The notes under the pieces were generated by a model that saw nothing but the letters and a program-made list of their open reading frames with translations, ran no database searches and was not told the origin of the DNA. Shown here piece by piece: positions 61,030 through 64,000 of a stretch of DNA of 64,000 nt. Position 1 is the stretch's first letter; the number at the start of each line of letters is the position of its first letter. Source of the stretch: Mobula hypostoma (lineage: Eukaryota); NCBI RefSeq assembly GCF_963921235.1, contig NC_086108.1, forward strand, positions 39,992,001 through 40,056,000, given 5' to 3'. A program made the position numbers and the translations under genes.

Positions 61030-63110
61030 GTGTCCTGAATGCTGGGGAGGCTAGTGCTCATGATGGAGCTGGCTGAGTTTACAACTTTCTGCAGCTTTTT
61101 CTGATCCAGTGTGTGGCCCGTCCATAACAGGCAGTGATACAACCAGCTAGAGTGCTCTCCAGAGTAAATCTGTAGAACTTTGTGCGTGTATCTGGTGACA
61201 TACCAATTCTCCTCGAACTCTTAATGAAATATAGCCATTGTTGTGCTTTTGTTGTAACTGCATCAATATCTTGGGCTCAGGATAGATCCTCAGAGATGCT
61301 GACACCCAGGAACTTGAAACAACTCACCCCTTCCACTTCTGATCCCTTAATGAGAACTGGTGTGTATTGCCTCATCTTCACTTTCCTGAAGTCCACAATC
61401 AATTCCTTTGTCTTATTGATGCTGAGTGCAAGATTGCGGCTGTGACGCCACTCAACCAGCTGATCTATCTCCTGTACGCCTTCTCGTCAACATCTGAAAT
61501 TCTGTCAACAATAGTTGTGTCGTCAACAAATTTATAGATGGAGTTTGAGCTGCGACTAGTCAGACAATCGCTGGTGCAGTGGGCTAAGCACGCATCCTTG
61601 AGGTGCACCAGTGTTGATTGTCAGCGAAGAGGAGATATTATTACTGATTTGCACAGACTGTGATCTCTGGGTGAGGAAGACAAGAATCCCGTTGCATAAG
61701 GAGGTACAGAGGCCCCGGTTTTGGAGCTTTCTGATCAGAACTTTCAAAGTGGGCATAAAGGGTGTTGAGCTCATCTGGGAGCAAAGCATCACAGACATTC
61801 ATGATGTTAGGTTTTGCTTTGTAGGATGTAATGGCCTGCACCTTGCCAGAGCTAAGGTGCATCCAAATCCATCTCTAACCGAATTTGGAATTGGTTTTTC
61901 ACCTTAAAATAGTCTTCCGTAGGTTGTACTTGGGCTTCTGGATCACCAGTCTTGATGCCACAAATCTAGCCCTCAGCAGAATACGATCTTGTGGTTCATC
62001 CACAACTTTTGGTTTGGGTCCATTCTGTAAGGCACACGCTACTCCACACATGTCTTGATGAAGTCGATGACAACTGTGACTTATTCATTTGAACTTAAAG
62101 ATGAATCCCTGAATTTTGTCCAGTCCACTGACTCAAGACAGTCCTGTAACCACACCTTCACTTCTCTTGACCATACCTTGTTGGTCCTCACCACTGGTGC
62201 TGCTGTCTTTAGCCTCTGTCTATACGCTGGTAGTAGAAGTACAGCCAGGTGATTGGACTTTCTAAAGTGTAGGTGTGGGATGGCACAGTAAGCATTCTTG
62301 ATAGTGGTATGACAGTGTGTTGGATCCTCTGGTTCCACTTCTTCAAGCTGGCATGGTTGAATTCTCCTGCAATGATAAGGAATGCATCAGGGTGCATGGT
62401 TTTGCGCCTGCTGATAACATTGCTCAGCTCCTCCAGTGCCTGCCCAATGTTGACCTGAGTGGGAATGTACATGACTACCAGGATGATGGCAGAAGACCCC
62501 CTCGGTAGATAAAATGGAAAACATTTGACCACTAGGTATTCTAGGTTGGGGAGCAGGACTGAGACAGAAATGTCACCTTTGTGCACCACAATGAGTTAGT
62601 CGTAAAGCATATTCCACCTCCTTTGTCTTTAAAAGACTGAACTGTCTTGTCTTTGTAGAGACCAGTAGTGAAGTCATTGGGCTCCAACACTGCATCTGAA
62701 ATTGCAGGTGTGAGCCACGTTTCCATAAAGCAGAGTATAGAGCAGACACTGATGTCCCTCTGGTACAGCAATCTTGTTCTGAGGTCTTCAGTTTTATTTT
62801 CCAGACTGACCATACCCCAACAGGGCAGTCAAGACTGGAAGACTAAGGCCTCTGTGTTTGCATACCTGCAGACTGGTGTGGCGTCCCTGCTCCATTTCCT
62901 TAAAGAGGAACTACACTTGCAACCCGAGTCTGCTGTCTGAGGTTCATCGATTTTGATGTCGATAGATTTTTAAAAATGTCTTTAAATGATGCTGCTTACT
63001 GAAGTACCCATGGCTGTGACAGTGGATTTCAGGTGTAATTCTAAATGGAATATTTGATGATTCTCATCGGAGCTGCACTCAAAGAGTCACCGCTTAATGG
63101 CACTATTGTT
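61030..63110 (-). mobile_element. Rex1/Babar LINE (APE endonuclease + RT, internally deleted, degraded)
   Basis: SLENKTEDLR...[40 protein letters not shown]. Confidence 0.9.
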
Positions 63111-63169
63111 CATGCATAAAGATACTCTTTGATCCTTTTTGCCATTTATCTACATTAAGACTACATTTT

Positions 63170-63357
63170 CAGCAGCCAATTAACCTACTCTTTCATCTTC
63201 AGATGTGGGAGGAAATTGGCGACCCAGGGAAAACACAGCAGTCACAGGAAAAAACATGTGAACTTCATAAACACAGAAGCACTGAATATCAAGATTCAAA
63301 ACATGTCCTTGAAACTATGAGGCAGCCTTATTATCTGCTGCGCCATCATGCTGCCCA
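63170..63357 (-). mobile_element. tRNA-derived SINE fragment
   Basis: gccaattaaccta...gatgtgggaggaaa...gtcacaggaaaaaacatgtgaact...ctgcgccatcatgctgccc. Confidence 0.65.
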
Positions 63358-64000
63358 TTACCAGTACCCATCTCCAATGATCTCCATCAATCAAGTCTTT
63401 ACCCACTGTTCATAAATTAATCTCATCGACATACTCACGTGTCAACTGCAAAGAACTTTCATAAGTAGATCAAGGGGCATGTCTGCATAAGTGCACTAGA
63501 CAGACAAGACCGGATTATCATTAACTTAACATCCATTCTGGTGTGTACTCTGTACCCCTGCAGAGCAGTCAAAGCAGCATGGTCCACATATGGAGCTCTC
63601 CTCAGCAGCAGCACAAAGGTTATTTTATATCTAAGGAACACATGTGAATGAATTGCATGTTGGAGTCAAGATGGCTTACCTTGGACACCCAGTGATTACC
63701 CTTTGGCATTGCGGTGGACCTAGTTCACAGTAGATGGCTGCAGAACAAAGGCATCCTGATTTCAGCATAGACCTTTGTGACTGCTTGCGCCCAATGGACA
63801 ACCCCTTTGGCGCTGTGACATTTACAAAGTGGCCAATGGCCCACCTCTTGTGGAAATCTACAGTCAGTGCAAAACCACCTCAGTGCGTAGAACCATACAG
63901 CATGGATGGTTGGCCCTTCGAACCAAATAGACCATGCTGATAAAGATGTCAATTGACAAAGCAGGTGCAATTCTCCATATTTGGCCCATATCCCTCTAAA

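Overview
This is non-coding vertebrate DNA, intronic or intergenic. It is most likely from a cartilaginous fish (shark or ray), which I infer from the mix of CR1/HER1-type LINEs, HE1/V-SINE-like SINEs, Rex1/Babar LINEs and Neptune-type Penelope elements. I could not support any host protein-coding exon, rRNA, tRNA or CRISPR array. Roughly half to two-thirds of the window is nested transposable-element debris: many CR1 and Rex1/Babar fragments, a Buster/Charlie hAT transposase relic, an R2-superfamily Hero-like retroelement, two long Penelope-like elements (RT + GIY-YIG), two solo LTRs with 5-bp TSDs, Tc1/mariner-type MITEs, and RTE and L1-like 3' fragments. The most notable signals are five. 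(i) A minimal type-I hammerhead ribozyme motif in the Penelope 3' pLTR, with one copy intact in its core and at least six decayed copies. (ii) Fold-back Penelope mini-insertions of about 210 bp, with 12-13-bp TSDs, whose symmetry centre lies in the hammerhead. (iii) A 599-bp palindromic mariner MITE containing five copies of its own TIR. (iv) A probable tail-to-head Hero junction. (v) TE-poor, CpG- or TAAT-rich islands that look like conserved regulatory DNA. All family assignments come from motif recognition, not database searches, and the boundaries of old elements are approximate.
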